NCBI GenBank assembly: GCA_963847625.1
Contig: CAWKAR010000034.1
Coordinates: 1-64,000, forward strand
Length of the DNA: 64,000 bases
Direction: 5' to 3'
DNA from: a candidate division FCPU426 bacterium
GTDB lineage: Bacteria; Oederibacteriota; Muellerivitia; Muellerivitales; Muellerivitaceae
Shown here one piece after another: positions 32,989 to 44,059 of the stretch. The notes below the pieces were generated by a model. It was given only the letters and a program-made list of their open reading frames with translations. It was not told the origin of the DNA and did no database searches. Made by a program: the position numbers and the translations under genes. How positions within the stretch are numbered: position 1 is the stretch's first letter; every line of letters begins with the position of its first letter.

Positions 32989-33552
32989 ATGGAACGAGTC
33001 TGTGTTTTTATCGACGGGAATAATTTCTATTTCGGCCTCAAGAGGAATAACCTGGCGACGCGGGTGGATTATTACCAACTCAGTTCCGCCTTGGTTGGCC
33101 TGGATCGAAAATTACAGCGGATTTATTACTACAACGTCGCCTACGACCATAAAAATTTCCCCGAAAAGGCTAAAACCCAGCAACCGTTCCTGGATTCCCT
33201 CGACCATACACAATATCTGGAGCTGAGAATGGGCCGCATGGTGCTCAACCCCGATAATAAAAGTTACCATGAAAAGGGTGCGGAAGTGATGCTGTCTTCT
33301 GAAATGGTCTATTACGCGGCGCGAAACCTTTATGACACCGCGATTCTTGTCACTGAGGACGACGACTATTCCCCCGTCTTGGAGTTGGTTAAGAAAACCG
33401 GCAAGCATGTGGAAATAGCCTTGTTCCCGGATGTTCAACCAAAGGAATTAATCCGATTCTCTGACAGGAAGATCGACCTGGACATGGTTTTGAAACTGCA
33501 TGAATCCAAAATCTTTCCTGTGGATACGGCCGACAATAGGGGAAATGCTTAA
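32989..33552 (+). CDS. NYN domain (LabA/DUF88, PIN-like) protein
   Basis: RVCVFIDGNNFY, RIYYY, EKG..V.L...M, YDTAILVT.D.DY.P....VK..GK.V. Confidence 0.88.
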   Translation: MERVCVFIDGNNFYFGLKRNNLATRVDYYQLSSALVGLDRKLQRIYYYNVAYDHKNFPEKAKTQQPFLDSLDHTQYLELRMGRMVLNPDNKSYHEKGAEVMLSSEMVYYAARNLYDTAILVTEDDDYSPVLELVKKTGKHVEIALFPDVQPKELIRFSDRKIDLDMVLKLHESKIFPVDTADNRGNA

Positions 33553-33638
33553 ACGGGGATTAATTATTAAGAGGATTTTCTTCCGCGGGTTGAGGCAGGT
33601 TTCGAGCATCCACTTCTCGCGCAGGTTGCGCGGGTAAT

Positions 33639-34232
33639 TCATGCTTTCCTTAAATCCAAACCCTGATGCGAACGATTGAGCCGGTCAATTTCCTCCAAAA
33701 CGTGAAGGATGGGCTTTTCCAACAGGGATTTTAAAACATAATCCCCTTTGGGCATTTTTCCCATGGTCACGCAAAAAATCCCGGCGGTTTTGGCAGCCAT
33801 GACCCCTTCTTCTGACGTTTCAAAGGCCAATGCCCTGGCCGGCCGGACCCCGAGTGTCTCCAAAGCGGCCATGTGAAGTTCTGTTGTGGGCTTGGGATTT
33901 TTAGTGTCACCCAAACAGCGGATGCAATCAAAGTCATCCGCCAATTTCAATCGGGACAACTCGGAAATCACGGTTTCCTGATTCAGATTGGAGGTGATAC
34001 CCAGGCGTATTTCAAACCTTCTCAAGGTGGTAAAGGTTTCCTTCAAACCCTCAACACTATTATGGATTTCCGGGTGGTCCGGCATGACGCGGTTTTCCAC
34101 CGCGACTTCCCGGATGATCCAGTCGTAATCGAATAGGAGAACCTTGGTCAGCCAGAAACTTTCGGGCACGTGGGCAAAGGGGAGGTAACGGGGATTATTG
34201 ATATCCGACGGCCCATAGTGGAGGGGACTCAA
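33639..34232 (-). CDS. HAD-superfamily hydrolase-like protein (degenerate)
   Basis: LLFDYD, LGITSN, KNPKP, ALAFETSEEGVMAAKTAGI. Confidence 0.75.
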   Translation of the reverse strand: MSPLHYGPSDINNPRYLPFAHVPESFWLTKVLLFDYDWIIREVAVENRVMPDHPEIHNSVEGLKETFTTLRRFEIRLGITSNLNQETVISELSRLKLADDFDCIRCLGDTKNPKPTTELHMAALETLGVRPARALAFETSEEGVMAAKTAGIFCVTMGKMPKGDYVLKSLLEKPILHVLEEIDRLNRSHQGLDLRKA

Positions 34233-34353
34233 TACTTTGTCCTTTTTAATCCAGTTTCCTCAACTGAACTATAAGCCTACATCTAAAAATTCCGGTGATA
34301 AATCAAAACATGGGGGGAAGGGGCGAAAAGTGGGACAAACCGAAGGTCGGGTC

Positions 34354-34824
34354 CTACAGGTGGCAGTTGCTTAATCCCCGTTTGGACAGGTATTTCTGGT
34401 GGTATTCCTCGGCCCGCCAAAAGGTATCCGCGGGAACGATTCGGGTGACAACCGGTTTCTTGAACCTGCCGGAATGGCTTATTTTTTTCAAGGATTCCCT
34501 CGCGGTTTTTTCCTGCGCGGGAGAATTGAAAAAGATGACCGAACGGTATTGGGTCCCGACATCCGGGCCCTGGCGGTTTAAAGTCGTGGGGTCATGGCAT
34601 TCCCAGAAGGTGTCCAGAAGGCGCTCGTAAGAAATGATTTTAGGGTCGAATTCGATTTCGACGGCTTCGGCGTGGCCGGTTTGGTCCGTGCAAACATCCT
34701 CATAGGTGGGGCGTGCCAAGCGTCCGCCCTCGTATCCCACCGCCGTGGAAACAACCCCCTTAAGGTTCCGGAACAATTCTTCCACACCCCAAAAACATCC
34801 CGCCCCAAATGTGGCTTTTTCCAT
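34354..34824 (-). CDS. msrA: Peptide-methionine (S)-S-oxide reductase
   Basis: [61 protein letters not shown]. Confidence 0.97.
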   Translation of the reverse strand: MEKATFGAGCFWGVEELFRNLKGVVSTAVGYEGGRLARPTYEDVCTDQTGHAEAVEIEFDPKIISYERLLDTFWECHDPTTLNRQGPDVGTQYRSVIFFNSPAQEKTARESLKKISHSGRFKKPVVTRIVPADTFWRAEEYHQKYLSKRGLSNCHL

Positions 34825-34919
34825 GGTCTCCCCCTGGACGCAGTTGCTCATCCCTATGGAAAACTTACGGCAGGAAACCCATTGGAATCAACCCATCGGG
34901 GAAAAATATAGCTTTATTT

Positions 34920-37900
34920 TTAACGGAGAATGAGGATTTTGGAAATCCAGCGCTGGGAAGGAATAGTGACAACAGCGTAATAAAGGCCGTTAGCCGCGCG
35001 GCCGGTGAATTTATCCGGATCAAGGGTCAATTGGTATGGCCCGGTTGAAACGTAATAATCGGTGTGCTCATAGACTTTCCTGAAAGCGGTGGTAAAGACC
35101 TTCACGGTCACGTAATCGTGGGGCTTGTCGAAGGTAACCGTAAGGGTGATGGGCCCATTTCCTTTCAGGGGGTTGGGATAAAAAACCGGAGTGGAAACCG
35201 GAGGCAATGATGTAACCGGGCCCGATGTTAATGTTGGGGTTGGGGTCAAAGTGTTTGGAACAGGAGACAGGATTCCAGTCGGGGTTTCGGTCGGAGTCGG
35301 CGTCGAGGTAAAAGTGGACGTGATTGTTGGGGTATTTGTGGGTGATTGCGTCCCAGTGGCAGTATCCGTTGGAGTGAGGGTGGCTGTGGCCGTGTTAACA
35401 GACGTATTCGTCGGCGTATTTGTGGCTGTGGACGTGAATGTCCGCGTCGGGGTGTTCGTCTGGGTTAGAGTATTAGTATTTGTAGGCGTATGGGTAACCG
35501 TAGGCGTATTAGTCACCGTGGGCGTGGATGTCCGGGTCGGTGTGTTCGTCCTCGTCGAGGTGGTGTTCGTGGGCGTATTTGTAGCCGTAGGGGTTGGCGA
35601 AGCCGTAGGCGTAGCGGTGAGGGACGCCGTAGGCGTCATCGAATCCGTCGGGGTTTTCGTTGGCGTCGGCGTGGGGGTAATGGTGAGCGTAGGGGTCGGG
35701 GTTGAAGTAGGCGTCCTCGTGGGCGTGTTCGTCGGGGTGGGCGTGGGTGTGGTGGTGGACGTTGGAGTCGGGGTGTTGGTGGGAGTGTTGGTAGGTGTAT
35801 TCGATGGTGATTGCGTCCCGGTTGTCGTAAACGTCGGTGAGGATGTGATGGTTGGTGTATTCGTCAAAGTTGGGGTCGCTGACGAGGTGTGCGTTAGGGT
35901 AAACGTGGGAGTAAATGTGGTTGTATCTACTGAGGTGGTGGATGTTCGGGTGGCCGTGGGTGTTATGGTGGGTGTAAAAGTCTTAGTGGATGTGATTGTT
36001 ACGGTGGGTGTTGAAGTGATGGTCGGGGTCCGGGTGGGTGTCCCCGTGAGGGTGAGGGTGGGCGTGTTGGTGGGGCTGGAGGTCACTGTCGGGGAAAGGG
36101 TAATGGTGGGGGAATAAGTTTGGGTAGGCGTACTGGAAATGGTCGGAGACAGGGTGATTGTGGGGGTGTTAGTCGGCCCTGAGGGCGCCTGGATGACAAG
36201 CCGGTAATCGCCGTTCGGGGCGTACTCCGTGCCGGAATAAACCACGACCGTATATTGTTGTTGCGTCAAGGCCACCGTCAATTGGTCTAAGGGGGTGTTT
36301 CCCGCCGAACTGGCCACAAGGTTATCGCCCGAATCGTAAAGGTCGAATGCCACGCTGGCTTTGTTCGTCCCATCGTCGAAGCAGTCCAGTGAAATCACGT
36401 AATTTCCCGCCACAGCCGGGGTGAAGGTCCAGCTGTTGGTGAACTCGAAGTAATAATCCACGTGTCCGGTCCCCACCGCGTCCACCGTCACAGTCCCCAA
36501 CCCAGTGGGAACGGTGGTCGGAATTGACAGCGGTACCGCATTTGCCACAGGGTTCAGCGAACAGGTGGGATTGAATGGGGTGACGCAAAGCGAGAAAGTG
36601 CCCTGCTGTCCCAAGACACTCCCGTCCACGATCACGTAATAGGTGCCGGGCTGGAGAAGTCCCGTCACAAAGGAAGAGGTCGCGTCAGCGCAATATTCGG
36701 AAATCTCGTCCGCGGCAATAGTGGTGTTGGCCAAAGAAGGATTGGTTCTTAAATAAAGGGCTGTTTCGAAACTGGCACCGCAAACGCTGATGAACAGGTT
36801 GGTAGGTTGGGCGAGGGTGAACGAATAGGCGAGATCGGGCGCGCCTGCCCCGATGAGGGTCGTTCCTCCGCCCGGCAGGTTGAGAAGCTGGCTGTAACTG
36901 CTGGTGGAGGTTGCTGTATTTCCACTCACGCAGGAAACCCCGATGCTGGAAGTGATATCCGGAATCGTGGGTGATGGGGTGGGCGTGAAGGTGATGGTCA
37001 AGGTTGTAGTGGGGGTCAATTGAGGGGTAAAGGTTCCCGTGACCGGGCAGTAGCTGGCGATAAGGGGATCATTCCAGTTGCTAATATAGTCAACAGGGTT
37101 GCCAAAGCCGGAAACATTGGAGGGGAAGGTATAGCTTGTCACGGGCAAGGAATAGGCGGCGCTATTGGGCTCTCCGGTTGGTAATTGACGTGTCAGCACG
37201 AATTGGCTGACCGGGGAATAGTAAATATAAGTCAGCCAGTAATCCCCCGGCGTCAGGACAGTCTCCGGGACCGAGAACGCGTTCCAACTACCAGGGTTCA
37301 ACAAAGTGTAGCTGGAACTGGCCACCAGGTTTGCCATCTGCGTAGTGGACTGGTCGTTGGTATAGATGGCCACTGCCGCTTCCGTATAGTAGACCTGGTT
37401 TGGAATATATAAGGAGATTGTTTCCAAAATGCCGGATTGGTTCAAAGTGTAACGGCTTGCTCTCAGCCCGTTCACGTTCGACGTGGCCGTAGCGGGACTC
37501 CCGGACGTATCTATGTCTCCGAAATAGGTGGCGGCGGCCCCGCAATCCGGCGTCAGCGCCAAATTAGGGGTAGCTGTGAGGGTATTGGTCAATGTTGGGG
37601 TCCAGGTGGGCGTCGATGAAAAAGTATTAGTATTCGTTGGGGTGTTGGTCAGGATGGTTCCGGTATTCGTTGGGGTATAGGTGTCCGTGGGAGTAGGACT
37701 TACAGTGGGAGAAGGAGTAATCGTGAATGTGCTCGACGGGGTCGGGGTGTTGGTTGGAACCATGCAATAAACGGCGTACATAGCCTCATTGCCCATGCCG
37801 TAGCTGACGGAATCCGAGGATGTACTTGAGGGCAAGGTCCCGAAAGTCAGTGATATGTTTGTCCAAGCGAGATTGGTGACCCCGGAACTGGTGGTGTAAG

Positions 37901-38591
37901 TGGTATCGTACCCCTGTTCGTTATACATATAGGCCAACCAGTAATTTCCCGGAGGCAAATAAGTGGGGGGCAGGACAAAACCGTTCCAACCCTGCACCAC
38001 TAATTGGGCGCTGGATGAGTCGATCAAATTGCCGATGTTTCCCGCTGAGCCCGAGTATATCCCGGCGATCAAGGAAGTTCCCGCGGAGGGATAATAGGAA
38101 TAGATCATCATGCCGTATACGGAGGCGGGATAACTCAAAGAATACATGCTGAACCTGATGCCGGGATAACCCAATGGACCGGAGGTGCCAGTCCCGGGTT
38201 GGTACCCGCTATTGCCAAAAAAAGTAGCCGAGGCGCCGCAAGGCGGGGTCAAGGATGGATTGGGCGTAAAGGTGCCGGTGGTGGTGTTGGTGGGAAGGGG
38301 CGTGAAACTGGACGTGGGGGTCCCGGTGATGGTAGGGGTATTGGTAATAGTACGTGTGGGGGTGGGCGTGCGGGTATTGGTGATGGTAAAGGTGATGGTG
38401 GGGGTCATACTAGGTGTACGAGTCAAAGTCATCGTGGGTGTATTGGAGGACGTGCGGGTGGGGCTGGCCGTAAGGGTATTCGTTGGCGTATTCGTAAATG
38501 TATCGGTGGCTTGGGCCAAGGAAAGGGCGGGAATAAATAAATGTACCGCAACCAACCCGATAAAAATATAAAACCCGCTGAACTTCCCCAT
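34920..38591 (-). CDS. Secreted multidomain protein: two copies of a beta domain, PPC-like domains, Thr/Pro stalk, T9SS-like C-terminal domain
   Basis: Signal peptide; duplicated CG..AT.FG...W..F..P.T.L.PG.YWL.Y unit; DLAYSFTL...[13 protein letters not shown]-terminal FYPNP...VFTTAFRKV...ANGLYY...KILILR. Confidence 0.85.
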   Translation of the reverse strand: MGKFSGFYIFIGLVAVHLFIPALSLAQATDTFTNTPTNTLTASPTRTSSNTPTMTLTRTPSMTPTITFTITNTRTPTPTRTITNTPTITGTPTSSFTPLPTNTTTGTFTPNPSLTPPCGASATFFGNSGYQPGTGTSGPLGYPGIRFSMYSLSYPASVYGMMIYSYYPSAGTSLIAGIYSGSAGNIGNLIDSSSAQLVVQGWNGFVLPPTYLPPGNYWLAYMYNEQGYDTTYTTSSGVTNLAWTNISLTFGTLPSSTSSDSVSYGMGNEAMYAVYCMVPTNTPTPSSTFTITPSPTVSPTPTDTYTPTNTGTILTNTPTNTNTFSSTPTWTPTLTNTLTATPNLALTPDCGAAATYFGDIDTSGSPATATSNVNGLRASRYTLNQSGILETISLYIPNQVYYTEAAVAIYTNDQSTTQMANLVASSSYTLLNPGSWNAFSVPETVLTPGDYWLTYIYYSPVSQFVLTRQLPTGEPNSAAYSLPVTSYTFPSNVSGFGNPVDYISNWNDPLIASYCPVTGTFTPQLTPTTTLTITFTPTPSPTIPDITSSIGVSCVSGNTATSTSSYSQLLNLPGGGTTLIGAGAPDLAYSFTLAQPTNLFISVCGASFETALYLRTNPSLANTTIAADEISEYCADATSSFVTGLLQPGTYYVIVDGSVLGQQGTFSLCVTPFNPTCSLNPVANAVPLSIPTTVPTGLGTVTVDAVGTGHVDYYFEFTNSWTFTPAVAGNYVISLDCFDDGTNKASVAFDLYDSGDNLVASSAGNTPLDQLTVALTQQQYTVVVYSGTEYAPNGDYRLVIQAPSGPTNTPTITLSPTISSTPTQTYSPTITLSPTVTSSPTNTPTLTLTGTPTRTPTITSTPTVTITSTKTFTPTITPTATRTSTTSVDTTTFTPTFTLTHTSSATPTLTNTPTITSSPTFTTTGTQSPSNTPTNTPTNTPTPTSTTTPTPTPTNTPTRTPTSTPTPTLTITPTPTPTKTPTDSMTPTASLTATPTASPTPTATNTPTNTTSTRTNTPTRTSTPTVTNTPTVTHTPTNTNTLTQTNTPTRTFTSTATNTPTNTSVNTATATLTPTDTATGTQSPTNTPTITSTFTSTPTPTETPTGILSPVPNTLTPTPTLTSGPVTSLPPVSTPVFYPNPLKGNGPITLTVTFDKPHDYVTVKVFTTAFRKVYEHTDYYVSTGPYQLTLDPDKFTGRAANGLYYAVVTIPSQRWISKILILR

Positions 38592-38796
38592 TCAAAACTT
38601 TCCTTTTACCAGCAATTATTCTTGAGCCTCTCCGGCCTAAAACGCGAGGAAAAGCCGGAAACATGACAAATTTATTCTCAACTCCTCTAACGGCTTGGGA
38701 AGGGAAAACTTGAAGAACCTTTGGCCTTTTCGGACTTTAGATGACGTGAAGGTCGCAGAAATCCCGCTGATTGAAAAATGCGAATGAATACCGCCT

Positions 38797-39507
38797 TTAC
38801 TCGTTGCCCCAGTAAATAACCAAAACCCCCGTGAAGAGACCGGGTCCCTCGTCCTTAACGCTGGCGACAGTCATGTCCAATTGGATCTTTTGGTGGACCA
38901 GGTCGTTGCTGAGATAGAGATCCGCTTTCATGTTCGCGGTCTTACGGATCTCAAAATCAATCTTGATCTTCGGGACATTGGGCTTGTTGGGATAGGGGAA
39001 AAACGCCTTTAAGGGCCGGGTTTCCTCGGCCCTCGGGGGTTTCATGCTTTTGGAGGCGTCACTGGCCGCGACAACGCGGTAGGCCAAAACCGCGCCCGGA
39101 TCCTTCAGGTTGTTTTGGATGTCCTTGAACCATCCCGGAAAGTGGTCCGGGGGAATGGGGGCGTAAAGAAGGTCCAGGGGATGGATTTCGGCCCGGCCCC
39201 CCTGCGAATCGTCGTTCACCAGGACCCCGCTGGCGAAAACAGGCTGTCCCGCCATACCCGTCACCGCGTCTTGGAAGGACTGGCGGTATTGGGGAATGAC
39301 TTTCACCTTGAGAGCCATTTGTCCGTTGGGATTCTTGACGTTGTTTCGGTTGTTCAGGTACTGGGGAGCGTCGGGCACGAAGTTGACGCTGAAATCCCCG
39401 TCCGCCGACATCATCGGCGGGCCCGCCAACTTGCCCGGGATATTGGCGAGGTATTTGTTGCAGTCAAACAAAGGACTTTTTTTACCGAAAAGGTCCATGA
39501 GCCCCAT
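38797..39507 (-). CDS. Hypothetical protein
   Basis: AAGGAGG RBS before MGLMDLFGKK; normal codon usage; DGD...EIHP pattern, family not assigned. Confidence 0.7.
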   Translation of the reverse strand: MGLMDLFGKKSPLFDCNKYLANIPGKLAGPPMMSADGDFSVNFVPDAPQYLNNRNNVKNPNGQMALKVKVIPQYRQSFQDAVTGMAGQPVFASGVLVNDDSQGGRAEIHPLDLLYAPIPPDHFPGWFKDIQNNLKDPGAVLAYRVVAASDASKSMKPPRAEETRPLKAFFPYPNKPNVPKIKIDFEIRKTANMKADLYLSNDLVHQKIQLDMTVASVKDEGPGLFTGVLVIYWGNE

Positions 39508-39623
39508 AGATCCTCCTTGTGGACAAAAAAAAGCGGGTGGTTCCACGGTCATCCGCGAAACCACCCGTTTATTTTATCCCTTTTTTCCGCCGGACGCACA
39601 TCAAAGCGGAAATAGGCCCTTTA

Positions 39624-40892
39624 TTAGTTGATGGAGGCCCGCTGTTTTTCCTTTTCCCGCCCCATTTTGACGCCCGGCTTGGGCACGGCCGTCACGAAAG
39701 TTCCGTATTTTTTGATTTCCTCCAGGCGGCAGCTCCAATAGAGCTTGCCTTCGTGCACCGTGATGTCGGGACAGCTGTCGCACATGCTCATGCGGCCGTC
39801 CGGCAGCAGGTCCACAGGCTGGATGATGGCGAAATTCTGCAAGTGGACCCTCCTGAACCAGGCGGTGGGGTCCAAGAGGAAACGGAAAAGGGCCTTCCGC
39901 ATGGCCTTGTCGCCCCAGCCCAGGAATAAAAGGGTGGACCTTCCCGCGTGCAGGAGGGCGGGAGAGGCGTAGCTCAGCCAAGTGCCGAAGAAGCGGTGGT
40001 GGAAGGTCTGGATGAATTCCATGAACTTGGGGCTGGTGAATCCGAAGGTCCTCTTGCCGTTGGCGATGCGGGTGGCCAGGGTCCACTTCATGTCATTGGC
40101 CTCGATGGTGCCGTTGAGGTAACCGGCCGGCTCGTACTCGGGGTCTGCTTCCCGGATCTTCGCCACGATCTCATGCGCCTTGAGGTTTTTCTCTCCGCCC
40201 CAGGATGTCTTGATGTAGGTTTCGTAGAGGTTCACTTTTTTCCCGAATGCGTAAAAGTCGAAATTCGCGGACATGCCGGGCGTGCGGAACAGAATGAACA
40301 CCATCGTGTTGATCATGTCCGGGTATTTCTCGGCCCAACGCACGATGTCGGGAATCTGGCCCAGGGTTTGCTCGGAGACGGTCTGGTTGAAACCGCAAGC
40401 CATGCCTCCCTCTTTGTACACCATTTCAGCCAGCTTCTGGCGCAGGGCGATGTGTTCCTGCTCGGTGCCGGCCTGGGAATCGTGGCGTTTCTGGGTAGTG
40501 TCGATATGGAAGGTGAAACCGAAAACCCCGGCTTTCTTGAGGTCCTTCAGTAATTCGGGGGTGAGGGCCATGCCATTGGTGTTCATGATGGGTTTCCAAC
40601 CGTACCGGCGCACGAGCCGGACGATGTCAAGGATCTGGGGATGGAGAAGGGGGTCACCCCCCGCGATGGATACGCTGTCCACCTTGCGCAGTTTCTTGAT
40701 GACCTTGAACTCCTCCTCGATTTCGAGTACGGTCTTGTGTGCGCCCTTGATGTTCTCGTGGTAGCAGCCTTCGCAGGTCAAGTTGCATTGGGACGTGACT
40801 TCCAGCCAGAAGATCCCGTTGTCGCTGAGGGACCAGGGCATGCGGTAGTATTTCTGCGGGTCAAGTGGTTTCGGCTCACTGATTTGCATCAT
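39624..40892 (-). CDS. Radical SAM protein with C-terminal CxxC...C motif
   Basis: CNLTCEGC, IAGGDPLLHP, NTNG; C-terminal MCDSCPD...SCRLEE; GGAGG RBS at 40892. Confidence 0.9.
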   Translation of the reverse strand: MMQISEPKPLDPQKYYRMPWSLSDNGIFWLEVTSQCNLTCEGCYHENIKGAHKTVLEIEEEFKVIKKLRKVDSVSIAGGDPLLHPQILDIVRLVRRYGWKPIMNTNGMALTPELLKDLKKAGVFGFTFHIDTTQKRHDSQAGTEQEHIALRQKLAEMVYKEGGMACGFNQTVSEQTLGQIPDIVRWAEKYPDMINTMVFILFRTPGMSANFDFYAFGKKVNLYETYIKTSWGGEKNLKAHEIVAKIREADPEYEPAGYLNGTIEANDMKWTLATRIANGKRTFGFTSPKFMEFIQTFHHRFFGTWLSYASPALLHAGRSTLLFLGWGDKAMRKALFRFLLDPTAWFRRVHLQNFAIIQPVDLLPDGRMSMCDSCPDITVHEGKLYWSCRLEEIKKYGTFVTAVPKPGVKMGREKEKQRASIN

Positions 40893-40983
40893 AATCCTCC
40901 AAAGGAAAAATGGCCTTAAATGTCCGGTGAAACATTGTGCAGGCAAAGGCAAGAAAACTGCAATCAACCCCCCGGGTGGAAAA

Positions 40984-41487
40984 ATGGCTTCTCGATTTGA
41001 AAGGGTCCTCAATAAAAGCGGAATTCCGGCTTGCCTTGTAAATTCAGAGAAAAAAGTGCTTTACCAGAACGAGGCCTGCAAGGAATTATGCGGGAAAATC
41101 GCCAAACGGAAATGCCCCCAGGGTTGTATTTCAGCTTGTGAAAAAACCCTGGGACTCCGGATCCCCCGGGATGGGGTGCATTTCTTCCCCAACATCAAGG
41201 TGGGAAACCAGTTGTTCGACGTGGTTTTCTTCGGGGAGGGCCAATACCGGATCAACCTTCTCCATCCCCTGCGGCAGAAGTACGATTCCTGGCTCAAGCG
41301 CTTCAAGGGCCGGGGAATCAGCCGCCGGGAAATGGAAATCGTGCGCCTCTGCCTCCAGGGATTCACCAATTCCAAGATCACCCAGAAACTTTTCATTTCT
41401 AGGGCCACCCTGAAAACCCACCTGAACAATATCTACAAGAAAATCCCAGAGATCCGTTCCGAAAACTGGCGCCGCCTGCGAAAATAA
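40984..41487 (+). CDS. LuxR-family HTH regulator with PAS-like, Cys-rich N-terminus
   Basis: ISRREMEIVRL..QGFTNSKI..KLFISRATLKTHLNNIYKK; divergent from the radical SAM gene. Confidence 0.88.
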   Translation: MASRFERVLNKSGIPACLVNSEKKVLYQNEACKELCGKIAKRKCPQGCISACEKTLGLRIPRDGVHFFPNIKVGNQLFDVVFFGEGQYRINLLHPLRQKYDSWLKRFKGRGISRREMEIVRLCLQGFTNSKITQKLFISRATLKTHLNNIYKKIPEIRSENWRRLRK

Positions 41488-41559
41488 GCGCTTGTTAAAA
41501 GTTCATTTATTCCAACGGATTCTCTTCAAATCGCAATCAGTCCTTCGATCAAGGTTTAT

Positions 41560-41606
41560 AAAAAAAAGCCCGATTCCCCTCGGGGGGAACCGGGCTTTGA
41601 TTTTTT
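41560..41606. terminator. Probable bidirectional intrinsic terminator
   Basis: A8-GCCCGATTCCCC-loop-GGGGAACCGGGC-TTTGATTTTTT between convergent genes. Confidence 0.8.
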
Positions 41607-41617
41607 CCGGGGATGGA

Positions 41618-44059
41618 TTACGACTTGATCCGCATGGCGTAGAAGGAGCGCCAGACGAAGATCATGGAAACGATCATGAACGCCACGAATAGAATATGGC
41701 TCGTCCCCGGATCGACCTTCAACGCCAATTCCACAGCCAAGAGCCCGAACAAGGTAGTGAACTTGATAACCGGGTTCATGGCCACCGAGGAGGTGTCCTT
41801 GAAGGGGTCCCCCACGGTGTCTCCCACGACGGTGGCATCGTGCAGGGGTGTTCCCTTCTGTTTCAACTCGGTCTCCACGATCTTTTTCGCGTTGTCCCAG
41901 GCCCCACCCGCGTTGGCCATGAAGATGGCCTGGTAGAGCCCGAAGATCGCGATGGAGATCAGGTAACCGATGAAGAAATAGGAATTCAGGAAGGCGAAGG
42001 CCAGCGTGGCGGTGAAGATGGCCAGGAAGATGTTGAACATGCCCTTCTGGGCGTACTGAGTGCAGATTTCAACCACTCTCTTCGAGTCGGTGATGGAGGC
42101 CTTCTTGGCCCCCGCGCCCAGCTTGATGTTCTTCTTGATGAATTCCACGGCCCTGAAGGCCCCGGTGGAGACCGCCTGGGTCGAGGCGCCGGTGAACCAG
42201 TAAATCATGGCCCCGCCCGCGATGAGCCCCAGGAAAAAGACGGGGTTCAAGAGCGAGAAGTTTCCCGCTACAGCGGCCAATTGGTCCTTGTTAATCATTC
42301 CAACTGTGTTCGAGGCCGACTTGGCTAATAAAACGATGATGGAAAACACCAGAGTCGTGGCTCCCACGACCGCGGTGCCGATCAAGACCGGCTTGGCGGT
42401 GGCCTTGAAGGTATTGCCGCATCCGTCGTTTTCCTCCAGGAAAGCCTTGGCCTGCTCAAAATTGGGCTTGAATCCAAAATCCCTTTCGATTTCTTTTTTG
42501 ATCCCCTTTATGGATTCGATCGTCGAAAGCTCAAACACAGACTGGGCGTTGTCCGTGACCGGCCCATAGGAATCCACCGCAATGGTAACGGGCCCCATGC
42601 CCAGGAAGCCGAAAGCCACCAACCCGAAGGCAAATACCGCGGGTGCCACCATAAAGGCATCCAATCCCTGCATCGCGACGGCTGAGGCGATGGCCATGAG
42701 AGTCATGATGGAAAGGCCGATCCAGTAAGCGGAAAAATTGCCCGCCACAAAACCGGAAAGAATAGTCAGGGAGGGCCCGCCTTCCTTGGCCGATTCCACT
42801 ACTTCTTCCACGTGTTTGGAGTGCATCGACGTGAAAACCTTGACCAATTCCGGGATGATGGCTCCCGCCAGGGTCCCGCAAGTGATGATGGTGGCCAGCT
42901 TCCACCAAAGCGTGCCGTCTCCCATATCAGCGATTAAGAAGTTTGAGACGATATAGGTGAGAGCGATGGAAATAATGGAGGTCAGCCAAACCAGCGTGGT
43001 CAAGGGGGTCTCAAAGTTGAACTTGTCGGACTCCCCATACTGGCCCTTGGCCCAGATATTGTTCAGGGCGTAGGACACCCAAGAGGTGATGATCATCATG
43101 ACGCGCATGACGAAGATCCAGACCAAGAGCTTGATTTGGTTGTTTGGATCTCCCACGGCAAGGAGAATAAAGGTGATGAGGGCCACGCCCGTCACGCCGT
43201 AAGTCTCGAAACCGTCGGCCGTGGGGCCCACCGAGTCGCCGGCGTTGTCGCCCGTGCAATCCGCGATGACTCCCGGGTTGCGCGCGTCGTCTTCCTTGAT
43301 CTTGAAGACGATTTTCATGAGGTCGGAGCCGATGTCCGCGATCTTGGTGAAGATTCCGCCCGCGATCCTCAAGGCCGCCGCGCCCAGCGACTCGCCGATG
43401 GCGAAGCCGATGAAGCAATAGCCCGCCAGGTCGCCCGGCACTTCCAGGAGGATGAAGAGCAGGATGATGAGCTCGATGGCGATCAGGAGCATTCCGATGG
43501 AAATGCCTGCCTTCAGGGGGATGTCATGGGCGGGAAAGGGTTTTCCCTTCAGCGCCGCGAAGGCGGTGCGTGAATTGGCGAAAGTGTTGATCCGGATGCC
43601 GAACCAGGCCACGGTAACCGAACCGGCGATTCCCACCAGGCTGCAGATCAGGATAATGATGACGTTCATGAGGCCCACGGGTTTCAGCCACTGGAAATAC
43701 ACGAAGATGATGGTGCCGATAAAAACCCATAAAAGGATTATGAATTTCATCTGGGTGAGCAGATAGGTCTTGCAAGTCGCATAGATGAGTTCCGAGATTT
43801 CCAGCATCGACTTGTGCACCGGAAGATCGCGGAGGCTCCGGAACATATTGACCCCGAACAGAACCCCCAGGGCACAGATGAACATCCCGATCCAAAGAAG
43901 GGTCCTTCCCTGGATCCCATGGAACGAGATCTGGCTCAAATCCGGGATTTTCAAGTCCGCCTCGCTGGCGAAAGCCGGGGTGGAAAGAATCATGGCCGCA
44001 AAAGCCGCCCCAAACCATCCAAACAGCCGCCGGGCGGTACATCCGAAAATGCGCATCAT
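41618..44059 (-). CDS. hppA: Membrane-integral ion-translocating pyrophosphatase (divergent subfamily)
   Basis: GGIFTKIADIGSDL, EDDARNPGVIADCTGDNAGD, DSYGPVTDNA, GNTFKATAK, GGAWDNAKK, GDTVGDPFKDT. Confidence 0.95.
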   Translation of the reverse strand: MMRIFGCTARRLFGWFGAAFAAMILSTPAFASEADLKIPDLSQISFHGIQGRTLLWIGMFICALGVLFGVNMFRSLRDLPVHKSMLEISELIYATCKTYLLTQMKFIILLWVFIGTIIFVYFQWLKPVGLMNVIIILICSLVGIAGSVTVAWFGIRINTFANSRTAFAALKGKPFPAHDIPLKAGISIGMLLIAIELIILLFILLEVPGDLAGYCFIGFAIGESLGAAALRIAGGIFTKIADIGSDLMKIVFKIKEDDARNPGVIADCTGDNAGDSVGPTADGFETYGVTGVALITFILLAVGDPNNQIKLLVWIFVMRVMMIITSWVSYALNNIWAKGQYGESDKFNFETPLTTLVWLTSIISIALTYIVSNFLIADMGDGTLWWKLATIITCGTLAGAIIPELVKVFTSMHSKHVEEVVESAKEGGPSLTILSGFVAGNFSAYWIGLSIMTLMAIASAVAMQGLDAFMVAPAVFAFGLVAFGFLGMGPVTIAVDSYGPVTDNAQSVFELSTIESIKGIKKEIERDFGFKPNFEQAKAFLEENDGCGNTFKATAKPVLIGTAVVGATTLVFSIIVLLAKSASNTVGMINKDQLAAVAGNFSLLNPVFFLGLIAGGAMIYWFTGASTQAVSTGAFRAVEFIKKNIKLGAGAKKASITDSKRVVEICTQYAQKGMFNIFLAIFTATLAFAFLNSYFFIGYLISIAIFGLYQAIFMANAGGAWDNAKKIVETELKQKGTPLHDATVVGDTVGDPFKDTSSVAMNPVIKFTTLFGLLAVELALKVDPGTSHILFVAFMIVSMIFVWRSFYAMRIKS

